Below are positions 31,780-41,405 of a stretch of 64,000 bases of DNA, piece by piece. Under the pieces are notes generated by a model. It made no database searches. It saw only the letters and a program-made list of their open reading frames with translations, and was not told the origin of the DNA. The position numbers and the translations under genes are program-made. Location: contig CAVSZB010000004.1 in assembly GCA_963732385.1 (NCBI GenBank), positions 1 through 64,000 of the forward strand, in the 5' to 3' direction. This stretch comes from an uncultured bacterium (GTDB lineage: Bacteria; Krumholzibacteriota; Krumholzibacteriia; LZORAL124-64-63). Position 1 is the first letter of the stretch, and each line of letters begins with the position of its first letter.

Positions 31780-33869
31780 GCCGAGTCACCGGGGAGGCGG
31801 CGGGGAACATGCGACGGGAATCGGCCCGGCTCTTCTGGGGATCTTCGGCGGCGGCGCTGGCGGTGCGGGCGGCCCACGTGCTCACGCTTCCCGGCACCCC
31901 GCTGTTCACGCGGCCCACCATGGACGCGGCGGTGCACGATGCCTGGGCCCGCGGCCTGCTGGCCGGTACCTGGCCCGGAGCGGAGCCGTTTTTCCGCGCG
32001 CCCGGGTACCCGTTCTTCCTGGGCGTTCTATACGGCGTCCTGCGGTTGTTCGGCCTCGATCCTGGCGAGCCGGGAGCGCGTCTGGCGACCTTGCTGGTGC
32101 AGGCCTTCATTTCGGCTCTGGGCGCCGGATTCGTGGCGCTCTGTGCGGAGCGCGCGTGGAACCGGCGCGCCGGCTGGCTGGCCGGCGGCATCTTCGCCGC
32201 GCTCTGGACCAGCATCTATTTCGCGGGCGAGCTGCTTTTCGAAACGCTGGTCACGACACTCGTGCTGTGGCTCGTCTGGCGGCTGCTGCGTGACGATGGC
32301 GAGGGGGATGCCACGCCGCGCGCGTTCGGCCTGTTCGGCACCGGTCTGGTCGCCGGCCTTGGTGTGGCCACGCGTCCATCACTGCTGGTGCTCGTGCCGG
32401 TGGTCGTCTTCTATCTGCGGCGCGGGCGGGGATTGCGCTGGCGCTCCTCAGGCTGGGCGGCGCTGGCGATCGGTCTGCTGCTGCCGATCCTGCCGGTGAC
32501 GCTGCACAATGTCGTGCGCGGACATGATGCCGTGCTCATCGCCTCGCAGGGGGGGGTCAATTTCTGGATCGGGAACAACCCGCAGTCCGATGGCCGGACC
32601 GCCATCGTGCCGGGGACGCGGGCGACCTGGCAGGGCGGATACGAGGACGCCATCGCGCTGGCGGAGCGCGAGGCTGGTCACCGGCTTCGCCCCTCGCAGG
32701 TGGATGCGCACTACCTGCGCAAGGGACTTGCCTTCATCGCGCGTGAGCCGGGTCGGGCCGCGCTGCTCACGGCGCACAAGCTGCGGCTCCTGCTGGCGGC
32801 GGGCGAACGGGGCAACAACAACAATCCCTACTTCTGGCGGCGCTGGTCGGCGGTTTTGCGCTGGCCGATCTGGCTGGGGTGGGCGCCGGTTCTCGCGCTG
32901 GCGGTCGTGGGTTTCTGGCGGCGGGATCTGGCGCGGCCGCGCCGGACCCTGCTGCTGGGCGCCGCCGTGTTCTACGCCGGGTCGGTGCTGGCGTTCTTCG
33001 TCAACGGGAGGTTCCGACTGCCGCTGCTGGCGCTGCTCGCGGCGCCGGCCGGCGCCGGGCTGGAGCGGATCATCAGCGGTCTGCGGGCCCGACGCTGGCC
33101 GGACGGTCTGGCCGGTCCCCTGCTGGCGGTCGGGCTGCTGGCTTATTCCGCGTCCGATCTGCTCACCTTTCGCGAGAATCGCGTCGACGCCGATGTCTTC
33201 AGCCGTTTCGCCCTGGGCAATGCCCTGGCCGACAACGGCGACCTCGACGGCGCGCGGCGCGCCTACGAGGATGCGCTGGCTGTGCAGCAGCGTTTCCGGC
33301 TGACGCAGTTCGGGCTGATCGCGGAGCCGCTCTACGCCAGTCTCGGCCGAATCTACCTGTCCCAGCAGCGGACGGCCGACGCCCTGACTCTCTGCACGGA
33401 ATGGGTGCGCGCCCAACCGGCCACGATCACGGGCCGGGTGATGCTGGGCGAACTGCTGTTCCAGGCCGGACGCACCGCCGAGGCGGCGGCGCAGTTCGAG
33501 GTGGCCCTGCGGACGGCCCCGGATGATCAGGGGGCGCAACTCGGCCACGCCTGGATTCTGCGCGCCAATGGCGACCTGGGCGCGGCGCTGCGCCGGTTTC
33601 GCGGTCTGGTCGATGGACCGTCGGGTGTGCAGGCGCTGTTCGGGGCCGGACTCTGTCTCATGGATCTCGAGCGGTGGGGGGAGGCGGAACAGACGTTCCG
33701 TGAGGTTCTGCGGCGGCAACCGGACTACTGGCAGGCGCTCGGCAATCTCGCCGCCATCTACGACCGCTCCGGTCGGCAGGAGGAGGCGCGCCGGGCCTGC
33801 GAAGAGCTGGTCGCCCGTCGTCCCGGCGATCCCCAGGCCAGTCGCTGGCTGGCGGAGCATCCCCGCTGA
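31776..33869 (+). CDS. Integral membrane glycosyltransferase (GT39/PMT-like) with C-terminal TPRs
   Basis: DAAVHDAWA, FFRAPGYP, GGVNFWIGNNP, FFVNGRFRLP, many TMs, TPR tail; start 31776 or 31809. Confidence 0.82.
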   Translation: MSRVTGEAAGNMRRESARLFWGSSAAALAVRAAHVLTLPGTPLFTRPTMDAAVHDAWARGLLAGTWPGAEPFFRAPGYPFFLGVLYGVLRLFGLDPGEPGARLATLLVQAFISALGAGFVALCAERAWNRRAGWLAGGIFAALWTSIYFAGELLFETLVTTLVLWLVWRLLRDDGEGDATPRAFGLFGTGLVAGLGVATRPSLLVLVPVVVFYLRRGRGLRWRSSGWAALAIGLLLPILPVTLHNVVRGHDAVLIASQGGVNFWIGNNPQSDGRTAIVPGTRATWQGGYEDAIALAEREAGHRLRPSQVDAHYLRKGLAFIAREPGRAALLTAHKLRLLLAAGERGNNNNPYFWRRWSAVLRWPIWLGWAPVLALAVVGFWRRDLARPRRTLLLGAAVFYAGSVLAFFVNGRFRLPLLALLAAPAGAGLERIISGLRARRWPDGLAGPLLAVGLLAYSASDLLTFRENRVDADVFSRFALGNALADNGDLDGARRAYEDALAVQQRFRLTQFGLIAEPLYASLGRIYLSQQRTADALTLCTEWVRAQPATITGRVMLGELLFQAGRTAEAAAQFEVALRTAPDDQGAQLGHAWILRANGDLGAALRRFRGLVDGPSGVQALFGAGLCLMDLERWGEAEQTFREVLRRQPDYWQALGNLAAIYDRSGRQEEARRACEELVARRPGDPQASRWLAEHPR

Positions 33870-33887
33870 GGCCGTCGTCCGGGCCTT

Positions 33888-34250
33888 CTACGCTGGTCGA
33901 TAGGAGGCGCAGGAGGTCGGCGTCTCCTGCACCCTGACCTCCACCAGCAGCGGGAGCGCGGGCGATAGCTGGTCATGAATCCAGCGCGCCAGCAGTTCGG
34001 CGGTCGGATTTTCCAGCCCTGAGATGTCGTTCAGGCAGGCGTGATCCAGACGCTCCCGCAACGGCGCGAAAGCTGCCTTGATCTCCCCGAAGTCCACGAT
34101 CCAGCCGCTTTCCGTGCCGACCGGTCCCTCGATCACCAGGGTGGCCGTGTAGGTGTGGCCGTGCAGTCGACCGCAGGGATGCCCGGCCGGGACGCTTGGC
34201 AGGCGGTGCGCGGCGTCAAACGTGAAAGACTTGGTGATCCGCGTCGGCAT
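33888..34250 (-). CDS. queD: 6-carboxytetrahydropterin synthase
   Basis: FDAAHRLP, CGRLHGHTY, DFGEIK, LDHACLND, ENPTAE, ETP. Confidence 0.95.
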   Translation of the reverse strand: MPTRITKSFTFDAAHRLPSVPAGHPCGRLHGHTYTATLVIEGPVGTESGWIVDFGEIKAAFAPLRERLDHACLNDISGLENPTAELLARWIHDQLSPALPLLVEVRVQETPTSCASYRPA

Positions 34251-34458
34251 GTGCGCTCCCGTCCGCGGCGCGGCCGCGCCGCGGGGGTGCGGCGGGGCGA
34301 CGGCGGCGTCCACAAGAATAAGCCGTGACCGGCGGGACGCCAGCGGACAGTCCTGGGCAACCGGAAGTCCCTCAAGCCATGTCTGATCCGGCCGAATGCA
34401 CAGGCGCGGGGGTAGGGCCCCGCCCGCCACGGCCCGTTTCCGACCGACGGGGGATCGC

Positions 34459-36357
34459 TTGTCTGCCGAGGAACGCGAACTGCTGGAATTGCGGCAGGCG
34501 CTACAGGCGCTGGCGCGCCGGGTGTCCGTCGTTGAATCGACGGTAGCGGTGGCGGTGCCCCGCGCCGACGTGGCGCGGGAACGCGAGAAACCGCCCGCGG
34601 CGGCGCGCCCGGCGGCGGCCGCCGACCGTGCCGACATCGTTCCCCGCCGGACCGCGGTGGCTGTGACGCCGCCGCCGGGCCGTGTCGCGGAGGATACGGA
34701 CCCGGAGAGGCCGACGGCCGATTTGCGCGCCGGCCTGGCGGTGCTTGACGCGGCGGAGGATGTCAAGGACTTCCCCCGCTTCTTCGTGCGGCTCGCCCAG
34801 CAGACCGGCCTGGGCATGCTGCTGCTGAAGCGCTGGAGCTCGGGGCTCGAAATCCTGCTCGCCGAGGGGATCGAGCGCAGCCGCGCCGGCGGCGAAGCGG
34901 GTTCCCAGCCGGAAGGTCGCATTCCTGTTCGCGACGACGATCTCTTCGCCGCGCTGGCCGGGGACCACTGTGTCTATGCCGGGCCGGTGCCGGTGAAACA
35001 CTTCCCGCTCGATCTCTCGCTGCTGCTGGGGCGTGGTCAGGATCGCCACATCGTGGTCCTGCCGCTGCCGCTGCGCGGTCGCTGGAATACCTTCATTCTC
35101 CTCGACGCTCCGCACGCGGACCCCGCCGCGGTCGGGGCGGCCGAGCTGCTGGCGCGCTACGCGCTGGCCCGCCTGTTGCTGCTGGAGCACGGCGAGAAGA
35201 CAAAACCCCAGAAGAGCGCGGCGATCCTGACGCAGGAGTTGGCGCGGAGGGGCGGTGCCGGGTCGAGGGGGGAGGTCCCGGCCAGGCCCGTCCCCCGCGC
35301 CGGCACTCCGCCGGGGCGACCGGTCGCGTCCCAGCCGCCCGCGACACCGCCGGCAACACCGTCCGCGACACAGCCTGCGATGCGCGTCCGACCCCCCGCC
35401 ACGGTCCCCGGCGAAGGTCCGGTGCGCTCGCCCGCGGATCTGGCCACGATCCTGAGGGATGTCGGCGACGGGGCGACCGCGCCGGGCGTGCCGCGCCACG
35501 AAGCTGACTCCGAAGAGGCGGCAGCGAACGTGGACCCGGAGGATCTCATCCGTCGTGTCGGTGAACTGCCGGCGCTGCCGCGCGTGGCCAACCATATCCT
35601 TGCCCTGATCGCGGATCCGAACACGACCGCCGGCAAGCTCGAGAAGGCGATCATTCTGGATCAGGCCCTCACCGCCAAGATCCTCAAGATCGCCAACTCC
35701 TCCTTCTACGGCGGGTTGCGCGACGTGAACACGGTCAGCGAGGCGATCGTGCGCCTCGGTTTTGTCACGATCCGCAACTGGACGCTCGTTACGGCGGCCA
35801 AGTCGGTGTTCCTCGACGATGCATCCGGGCCGGCGCTGCAACAGATCTGGCAGCAGTCGGTGTTGTCGGCGATGTCCAGTCAACTCGTGGCCGAGCACGT
35901 GCGCCACTCCTCGCCGGAATCGGTGTTCGTCGGCGGGCTGATGCAGAACATCGGGCAACTGGCGCTGGCGAAGGCGTCGCCGGAACTGTCCCGACAGGTG
36001 CTTGATATGTCCGCGGACGCGCGGGTCCCCTACCATGTGGTCGAGCGCGAGCTGCTCGGGTTCGACCACGGAGCGCTTGGCGCACTGCTCATCCGCGAGT
36101 GGAATCTGAGCGACGAGCTGGAGGAGGCCGTACGCACGCACCATCGCCTCGCCGAGGCCGGAGTGGCGCGCCCCCTCGCCGCCATGATCGCGCTCGGGGA
36201 GGAGATCGCGGCCTGCAGCGGCAGCGTACCGGACGAAGGGCTGACGATCTGGGAGATGAGCGAGGCGGCCCGCCTGCTTGACGTTTCCGAAACGACCTAT
36301 GTCGATCTGCTGGAGAAGGCCCGTCGTCTGCGCATCGATCCGCGGCTGTTCAGTTGA
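34459..36357 (+). CDS. HDOD domain signalling protein with N-terminal GAF-like region
   Basis: LPALPRVA, DQALTAKILKIANSSFYG, ERELLGFDHGALG, WNL; Pro-rich linker; start uncertain (34396-34459). Confidence 0.85.
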   Translation: MSAEERELLELRQALQALARRVSVVESTVAVAVPRADVAREREKPPAAARPAAAADRADIVPRRTAVAVTPPPGRVAEDTDPERPTADLRAGLAVLDAAEDVKDFPRFFVRLAQQTGLGMLLLKRWSSGLEILLAEGIERSRAGGEAGSQPEGRIPVRDDDLFAALAGDHCVYAGPVPVKHFPLDLSLLLGRGQDRHIVVLPLPLRGRWNTFILLDAPHADPAAVGAAELLARYALARLLLLEHGEKTKPQKSAAILTQELARRGGAGSRGEVPARPVPRAGTPPGRPVASQPPATPPATPSATQPAMRVRPPATVPGEGPVRSPADLATILRDVGDGATAPGVPRHEADSEEAAANVDPEDLIRRVGELPALPRVANHILALIADPNTTAGKLEKAIILDQALTAKILKIANSSFYGGLRDVNTVSEAIVRLGFVTIRNWTLVTAAKSVFLDDASGPALQQIWQQSVLSAMSSQLVAEHVRHSSPESVFVGGLMQNIGQLALAKASPELSRQVLDMSADARVPYHVVERELLGFDHGALGALLIREWNLSDELEEAVRTHHRLAEAGVARPLAAMIALGEEIAACSGSVPDEGLTIWEMSEAARLLDVSETTYVDLLEKARRLRIDPRLFS

Positions 36358-36375
36358 CGTCGCGGTCGGTCCCGC

Positions 36376-36963
36376 TCAGCTCGCCGTACCCTCGCCCCCC
36401 TCGCCGGCCGGCGGCTCGAAACAGCGGCGGCAACGCGCCTCGTAAGTGCCCTGGGCGCCGACTACGATCTGATCCAGACTGGCGGTCAGACGCTGGGTGT
36501 GATTGGCGGGGTTGCCGCAGACCACGCAGATCGCGAGTTGTTTCGTGACGTATTCGGCGGTCGCCATCATGGCCGGCATCGGGCCGAACGGACGGCCACG
36601 GTAGTCCTGGTCCAGCCCCGCGACGATAACCCGTTTGCCGAGATTGGCGAGCCGGTTGCAGACATCCACCACGCCCGCGTCGAAAAACTGTCCCTCATCG
36701 ACACCCACGACTTCGGTCTTGTCTTCGAGGCGACCGAGAATGTCGGCGCTCGCCGCGACGACCTCGCCAGGCATGCGCTGCTGGCTGTGCGAAACGATAT
36801 CCGAGGCGTGGAAGCGGTTGTCGAGAGCCGGCTTGAAAACCTGCAGGCGCTGCCGCGCGATCTCGACGCGGCGCAGGCGACGGATGAGTTCCTCGCTCTT
36901 GCCGCTGAACATGGGCCCGCAAATGACCTCGATCCAGCCGATCCTGCCCTGGATGACCTGCAT
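36376..36963 (-). CDS. tdk: Thymidine kinase
   Basis: GPMFSGKSEELIRR, VDEGQFF, AGLDQDY, CVVCG, YEARCRRC. Confidence 0.97.
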   Translation of the reverse strand: MQVIQGRIGWIEVICGPMFSGKSEELIRRLRRVEIARQRLQVFKPALDNRFHASDIVSHSQQRMPGEVVAASADILGRLEDKTEVVGVDEGQFFDAGVVDVCNRLANLGKRVIVAGLDQDYRGRPFGPMPAMMATAEYVTKQLAICVVCGNPANHTQRLTASLDQIVVGAQGTYEARCRRCFEPPAGEGGEGTAS

Positions 36964-37289
36964 TGCCGCCTCCCGCCGCCCGTTCCTCCATGCGCTGTCC
37001 GGATCGCGGCAGAATGTAGCCGACGGAGGCGGTCCGGCCAACCCCGAAGCGGGAAGACGCGCATTCTGGGGGGTTTCGCACCGACCGTCGGGCCGTTATA
37101 ATGCCGTCGGTGGCGACTTGCCGCGCCGAAGCCGATGCAGAAAAATCCACACCCCCTGGCCCGCCGGACGAACGGCCGGATCGTCGACATGAGCCTGCAG
37201 CCTCCCGGGTCCGGACCGTTCCGCCCGGTCGATACCGCGCGTGTGGTCGCCTGCGTAACCGCCGCGAAAACCGAAGGGAGCGTCTCGCG

Positions 37290-38018
37290 ATGAAGGGCGT
37301 CATCCTGGCCGGCGGCCTCGGCAGTCGGCTGTTCCCCTGCACGAAGATCACCAACAAGCATCTGCTTCCGGTTTATGACCGCCCGATGATCTTCTATCCC
37401 ATCGAAGCGCTGGTGCACGCGGGAGTGCGCGACATCATGATCGTCACCGGCGGCAGCTTTGCCGGGGACTTCCTGCAGTTGCTCGGCAATGGCAAGGAGT
37501 TCGGGCTCAAGGAGCTGCATTACACGTATCAGGAGGGGGAAGGGGGCATCGCCGACGCGCTGCGGCTCGCGCAGGATTTTGCCGACGGCGGGCGCATCTG
37601 CGTGATCCTCGGCGACAACATCGTCGAGCGCTCCATCCTCCCCGCGGTCGAGGCTTTTCTGGGGCAGCCGTCGGGCGCGCGCATCCTGCTCAAGGAGGTC
37701 GATGATCCCCAGCGTTTCGGCGTGCCGGAGTTCGCCGGGGACCGCATCGTGCGCATCACGGAGAAGCCGCAGACGCCGAAGTCGCGCTTCGCCGTGACCG
37801 GGATCTATTTCTACGATCACCAGGTCTTCGAAATGATCTCGCGGCTGCAACCATCGCTGCGGGGCGAGCTGGAGATTTCGGACGTGAACAACATGTACAT
37901 CGAGCGCGATCAATTGCAGTGGAGCGTACTCGACGGCTGGTGGACCGACGCCGGTACTTTCCCGAGTCTGCTGCACGCCTCCACGCTCGTGGCGCGCGGC
38001 GGCGCCAACCGGCCATGA
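37290..38018 (+). CDS. rfbA: Glucose-1-phosphate thymidylyltransferase
   Basis: GVILAGGLGSRL, NKHLLPVYDRPMI, RGELEISD, WTDAGT. Confidence 0.9.
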   Translation: MKGVILAGGLGSRLFPCTKITNKHLLPVYDRPMIFYPIEALVHAGVRDIMIVTGGSFAGDFLQLLGNGKEFGLKELHYTYQEGEGGIADALRLAQDFADGGRICVILGDNIVERSILPAVEAFLGQPSGARILLKEVDDPQRFGVPEFAGDRIVRITEKPQTPKSRFAVTGIYFYDHQVFEMISRLQPSLRGELEISDVNNMYIERDQLQWSVLDGWWTDAGTFPSLLHASTLVARGGANRP

Positions 38019-38064
38019 GGCGAGCGGCGCGCGGAATCAACGGGGACTGCCCGGGGAGCGGAAC

Positions 38065-39090
38065 ATGAACATCCTGGTCACGGGCGGGGCCGGCTTCATC
38101 GGTGCCAATCATGTGCGCTGGCTGCTCGCCAACACGGACGACCGCGTAATCAACCTGGATGTTCTGACTTACGCGGGGAATCTCGAGAACCTGGCCGGCC
38201 TGGAGGAGCACCCGCGCTACCGTTTCGTGCGCGGGGACATCGGCGACCGTGAACTCGTGCGAGCCCTGCTGGCCCGGGAATGCATCGAAGCGGTCGTGAA
38301 TTTCGCGGCGGAAAGTCACGTCGATCGCTCGCTCGACGCGCCGCGGCTCTTTCTCGAGACGAACGTGCTGGGTACGCAGAACCTGCTGGCCGCGGCGCGG
38401 GAAGCGGGCATCGACCGCTTTTTGCAGGTCAGCACCGACGAGGTGTACGGCTCGCTCGGCGCCGAGGGTAAATTCACCGAAGCGACACCGCTTGCTCCCA
38501 ACTCCCCCTATGCCGCCTCCAAGGCGGCGGCGGACCTGATCTGCCGGGCCTACCACCACACGTTCGGGTTCCCGGTGGTCATTACGCGTTGCAGCAACAA
38601 CTACGGTCCCTACCAGTTTCCTGAGAAGTTGATTCCGCTGATGATCGCCAACGCCCTCGATGGCCGTCCGCTGCCGGTCTATGGGGACGGTCTGAACGTG
38701 CGCGACTGGCTCTTCGTGGCGGACCACTGTGCCGCCCTCGACCTCGTGCTGCGTCGCGGCCGACCGGGCGAGGTCTACAATGTCGGCGGCGACAATGAGC
38801 TGCCGAACCTCGAACTGGTGCGTACGCTGCTGCGCCTGCTCGACCGGCCGGAGTCGCTCATCGCGTTCGTGGCGGACCGTCCCGGCCACGACCGTCGCTA
38901 TGCGATCGATGCCGCGAAGATCCGCCGCGAACTCGGCTGGGCTCCGGCGCATCATTTCGCGGATGGTCTGGCCGCCACGGTGCGCTGGTATCAGGACAAC
39001 CGGGCCTGGTGGGAGAAGATCCTCAGTGGCGCCTATCGCGATTATTATAAGACCCTCTACGGTCCCGACGGGAGGTACGGCGGTCGGTGA
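38065..39090 (+). CDS. rfbB: dTDP-glucose 4,6-dehydratase
   Basis: TGGAGFIG, LTYAGN, AAESHVDRS, STDEVYG, YAASK, RPGHDRRY. Confidence 0.97.
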   Translation: MNILVTGGAGFIGANHVRWLLANTDDRVINLDVLTYAGNLENLAGLEEHPRYRFVRGDIGDRELVRALLARECIEAVVNFAAESHVDRSLDAPRLFLETNVLGTQNLLAAAREAGIDRFLQVSTDEVYGSLGAEGKFTEATPLAPNSPYAASKAAADLICRAYHHTFGFPVVITRCSNNYGPYQFPEKLIPLMIANALDGRPLPVYGDGLNVRDWLFVADHCAALDLVLRRGRPGEVYNVGGDNELPNLELVRTLLRLLDRPESLIAFVADRPGHDRRYAIDAAKIRRELGWAPAHHFADGLAATVRWYQDNRAWWEKILSGAYRDYYKTLYGPDGRYGGR

Positions 39091-39803
39091 ACGAGGGCCG
39101 GGATGACGGCGGCCGCCGGCTGGATCTGCCCGACGGCCGGGCCACGGCCGTCGCGGCGGAACTGGCCGGCGTGGTGCGCTGCGGCGTGCTGGCCTGCGAA
39201 GGCGTGGCGGTCGGCGACGCCCCGGACCTCGCGTCTGAGATGGCCGTCAGGGCGGTGGAATTGCGGCGGCTCTACCGCGGCCTATCGCCGGGAGACATCC
39301 CGGCTTTGGGTGAAGCGCGCCGGCTCTACCGGGCCGCCGGTGTCGATCCCACCCGGACCCGTCCCTCGTCGGAGGCGCTGTTGCGTCGGGTGCTCAGGGA
39401 GCAACCGCTGCCGCGCGTGAACGCGGCGGTCGATGCGATCAACCTCGCTTCGCTATTTTTTCTGCTGCCGATCGGTCTCTACGATCTTGACCGGGTGCGG
39501 GGCGATATCGAGTTGCGGCGCGGTAACGCGGGCGATGCGTACCCTGGCATCCGCAAGGGCGAGGTCCATCTCGAAGGTCGCCTCGCCCTGTTCGACGCCA
39601 CCGGCCCGTTCGGTTCGCCCACCAGCGACTCCTCGCGGACGAGCGTAGACGAGACGACGCGGCGACTGCTGGCGATCGTGTTCGCCACATCGGCGTATCC
39701 ATCGGCCTCGCTGGCCGGTGATCTCGATCTGCTGGCCGGTCTTGTCCGTCGTTATTGTGGCGGTCGCGTGGCCTGCGTCGGGTTTCTGCCGCGGATCGGC
39801 TGA
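39087..39803 (+). CDS. B3/B4 (PheRS beta editing-like) domain protein
   Basis: GVDPTRTRPSSEALLRR, VNAAVDAINLAS, GLYDLD, GPFGSPTSDS. Confidence 0.88.
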   Translation: MNEGRDDGGRRLDLPDGRATAVAAELAGVVRCGVLACEGVAVGDAPDLASEMAVRAVELRRLYRGLSPGDIPALGEARRLYRAAGVDPTRTRPSSEALLRRVLREQPLPRVNAAVDAINLASLFFLLPIGLYDLDRVRGDIELRRGNAGDAYPGIRKGEVHLEGRLALFDATGPFGSPTSDSSRTSVDETTRRLLAIVFATSAYPSASLAGDLDLLAGLVRRYCGGRVACVGFLPRIG

Positions 39804-39956
39804 AACGCGCCGCCGCCGGGAGAACCGCCACGCATTTCCCGTCCGCCTTTGGCCGTGTTCTCCTGCTGCCTCTCCTTGCGGCAATCGCATCATCACGACG
39901 GTTTTGCAGGCGCTGGTGAACGTGGTCGACCTCAGCCCGGACCTGCGAACGGCCGG

Positions 39957-41333
39957 CTAATGGCGGCCCGGAGGATCGCAGCGGTGGGGGAAACGTCGCC
40001 GTACCCAGACCTCTGCGGCGTCCCGTGTAGGCAGTTCGCCATCGAGTTGGGCGGTCTCCAGTTCCCGCAGGATGCGGCCCAGCAGCGGCCCTGGCGGATA
40101 GCCGAAAGCCAGCAGGTCGGCGCCGCGCAGCAGCGGCGGCGGCGCCAGTTCCTCGCTGGAGAGTTCCACCAGCGTTTCCCGGCAGAATTCCCACTGGCCG
40201 AGTTCGCGGTGGCTGCTGAGGCAGTCGAGCCGGTGCAGTTCGAGATGGTCGGCAAAACCGGGCTGCCGCAGGAAGCGCTTGAGCGTGGACGGCCGCATAT
40301 GCCGCACCTCGATGAAGCGCAGGTGCTGGGCCACCAGGTCGGCCGCGCGTGCCACGTCCGCGGCGGCGTAGCGCAGGCGGCGTCCGATCGCGAGGGCCAT
40401 CTCGGCGCCCCGGGCGGCGTGTCCGTGAAAACGGATGCGGTCCGTGCGGGTGAGCGTGACCGGTTTCGCCACGTCGTGCAGCAGGATCGCCAGCCCGAGC
40501 GACAGCGAGCGTGCCGGCGAATGCCGGAACATCAGCACGGTGTGAACCCAAACATCCCCCTCCGGATGGAATTGGGGCGGTTGAGGGACGCCGCGCATGG
40601 CGTCGACCTCGGGCAGGATGATCGCCAGCAGCCCGCTGGCGGCCAATTCCTCAAGGGCATCGGCCGGCCCCGGTCCGGTCAGGATTCGTGCGAGCTCCTG
40701 GCCCACCCGCTCGGCGGCGATCCGGCGGATCCCCTCGCGGCTCGAAGCGAGCGCCGCACGCGTTTCGCTCGCGATCGTCAGTCCGCACTGCGCCGCCAAA
40801 CGGGGCGCGCGCAGCAGCCGCAGAGCATCCTCGCGAAACCGCTGGCCCGGTTCGCCGACGCAACGCAGCACACGTTGGGCGCAGTCGGCCGCGCCCCCGA
40901 CCGGATCGACGATGACTTCCGCGAGCGGATCGAGGTAGAGTGCGTTGACCGTGAAATCACGCCGGCGCGCGTCGGCCGGGAGCGAGGTGGTCAGGGCGAC
41001 GGAGTCGGGATGGCGCGCATCGCTGTACGGCCCCTCGACGCGGAAGGTCGCCGTTTCCACCAGGCTTCCCTGCTCGACCACGAGCACCACGGGGAAAGCG
41101 GCTCCCGCCTGTCGCGCGAGCGGAAACAGGGCGAGAATCTGCTCCGGAGAGGCGCTGGTGGCGACGTCGAAATCGCCCGGCTCGTGGTCGAGCAGCAGAT
41201 CCCGCACAGCTCCTCCAACCAGATAGGCCTGGTGGCCCGCGGCGGCCAGGCGGCGCACCACGCCCACCGCCGCAGCGGCGGTGGGCGGCAGCGGGCGCGG
41301 CAGAGGGACCGTCGGGATTGCGGGAGACATCAT
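39957..41333 (-). CDS. cca: CCA tRNA nucleotidyltransferase with HD domain
   Basis: VGGAVRDLL, DFDVAT, RRDFTVNAL, EDALRLLRA, HPEGDVWVHT, LLHDVAK. Confidence 0.9.
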   Translation of the reverse strand: MMSPAIPTVPLPRPLPPTAAAAVGVVRRLAAAGHQAYLVGGAVRDLLLDHEPGDFDVATSASPEQILALFPLARQAGAAFPVVLVVEQGSLVETATFRVEGPYSDARHPDSVALTTSLPADARRRDFTVNALYLDPLAEVIVDPVGGAADCAQRVLRCVGEPGQRFREDALRLLRAPRLAAQCGLTIASETRAALASSREGIRRIAAERVGQELARILTGPGPADALEELAASGLLAIILPEVDAMRGVPQPPQFHPEGDVWVHTVLMFRHSPARSLSLGLAILLHDVAKPVTLTRTDRIRFHGHAARGAEMALAIGRRLRYAAADVARAADLVAQHLRFIEVRHMRPSTLKRFLRQPGFADHLELHRLDCLSSHRELGQWEFCRETLVELSSEELAPPPLLRGADLLAFGYPPGPLLGRILRELETAQLDGELPTRDAAEVWVRRRFPHRCDPPGRH

Positions 41334-41405
41334 CCCCCCATATTCTCAGAGCCGTGCGGCGCGGTCAACGCGTGCCCGTACAGGCCCTCTCCGGGAGGAA
41401 GCGCT

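Noticed and set aside
34251..34922. Long N-terminal extension of queD
   Set aside because: Overlaps the HDOD gene antisense; QueD motifs start at ATG 34250.
37290..39090. rfbA-rfbB without rfbC/rfbD
   Set aside because: Split rhamnose pathway genes are common; the partners may be elsewhere in the genome.
39849..41405. N-terminal ~520 aa of the 950-aa ORF
   Set aside because: Antisense shadow of cca; the real M28 peptidase starts at GTG 41406 with an RBS and signal peptide.
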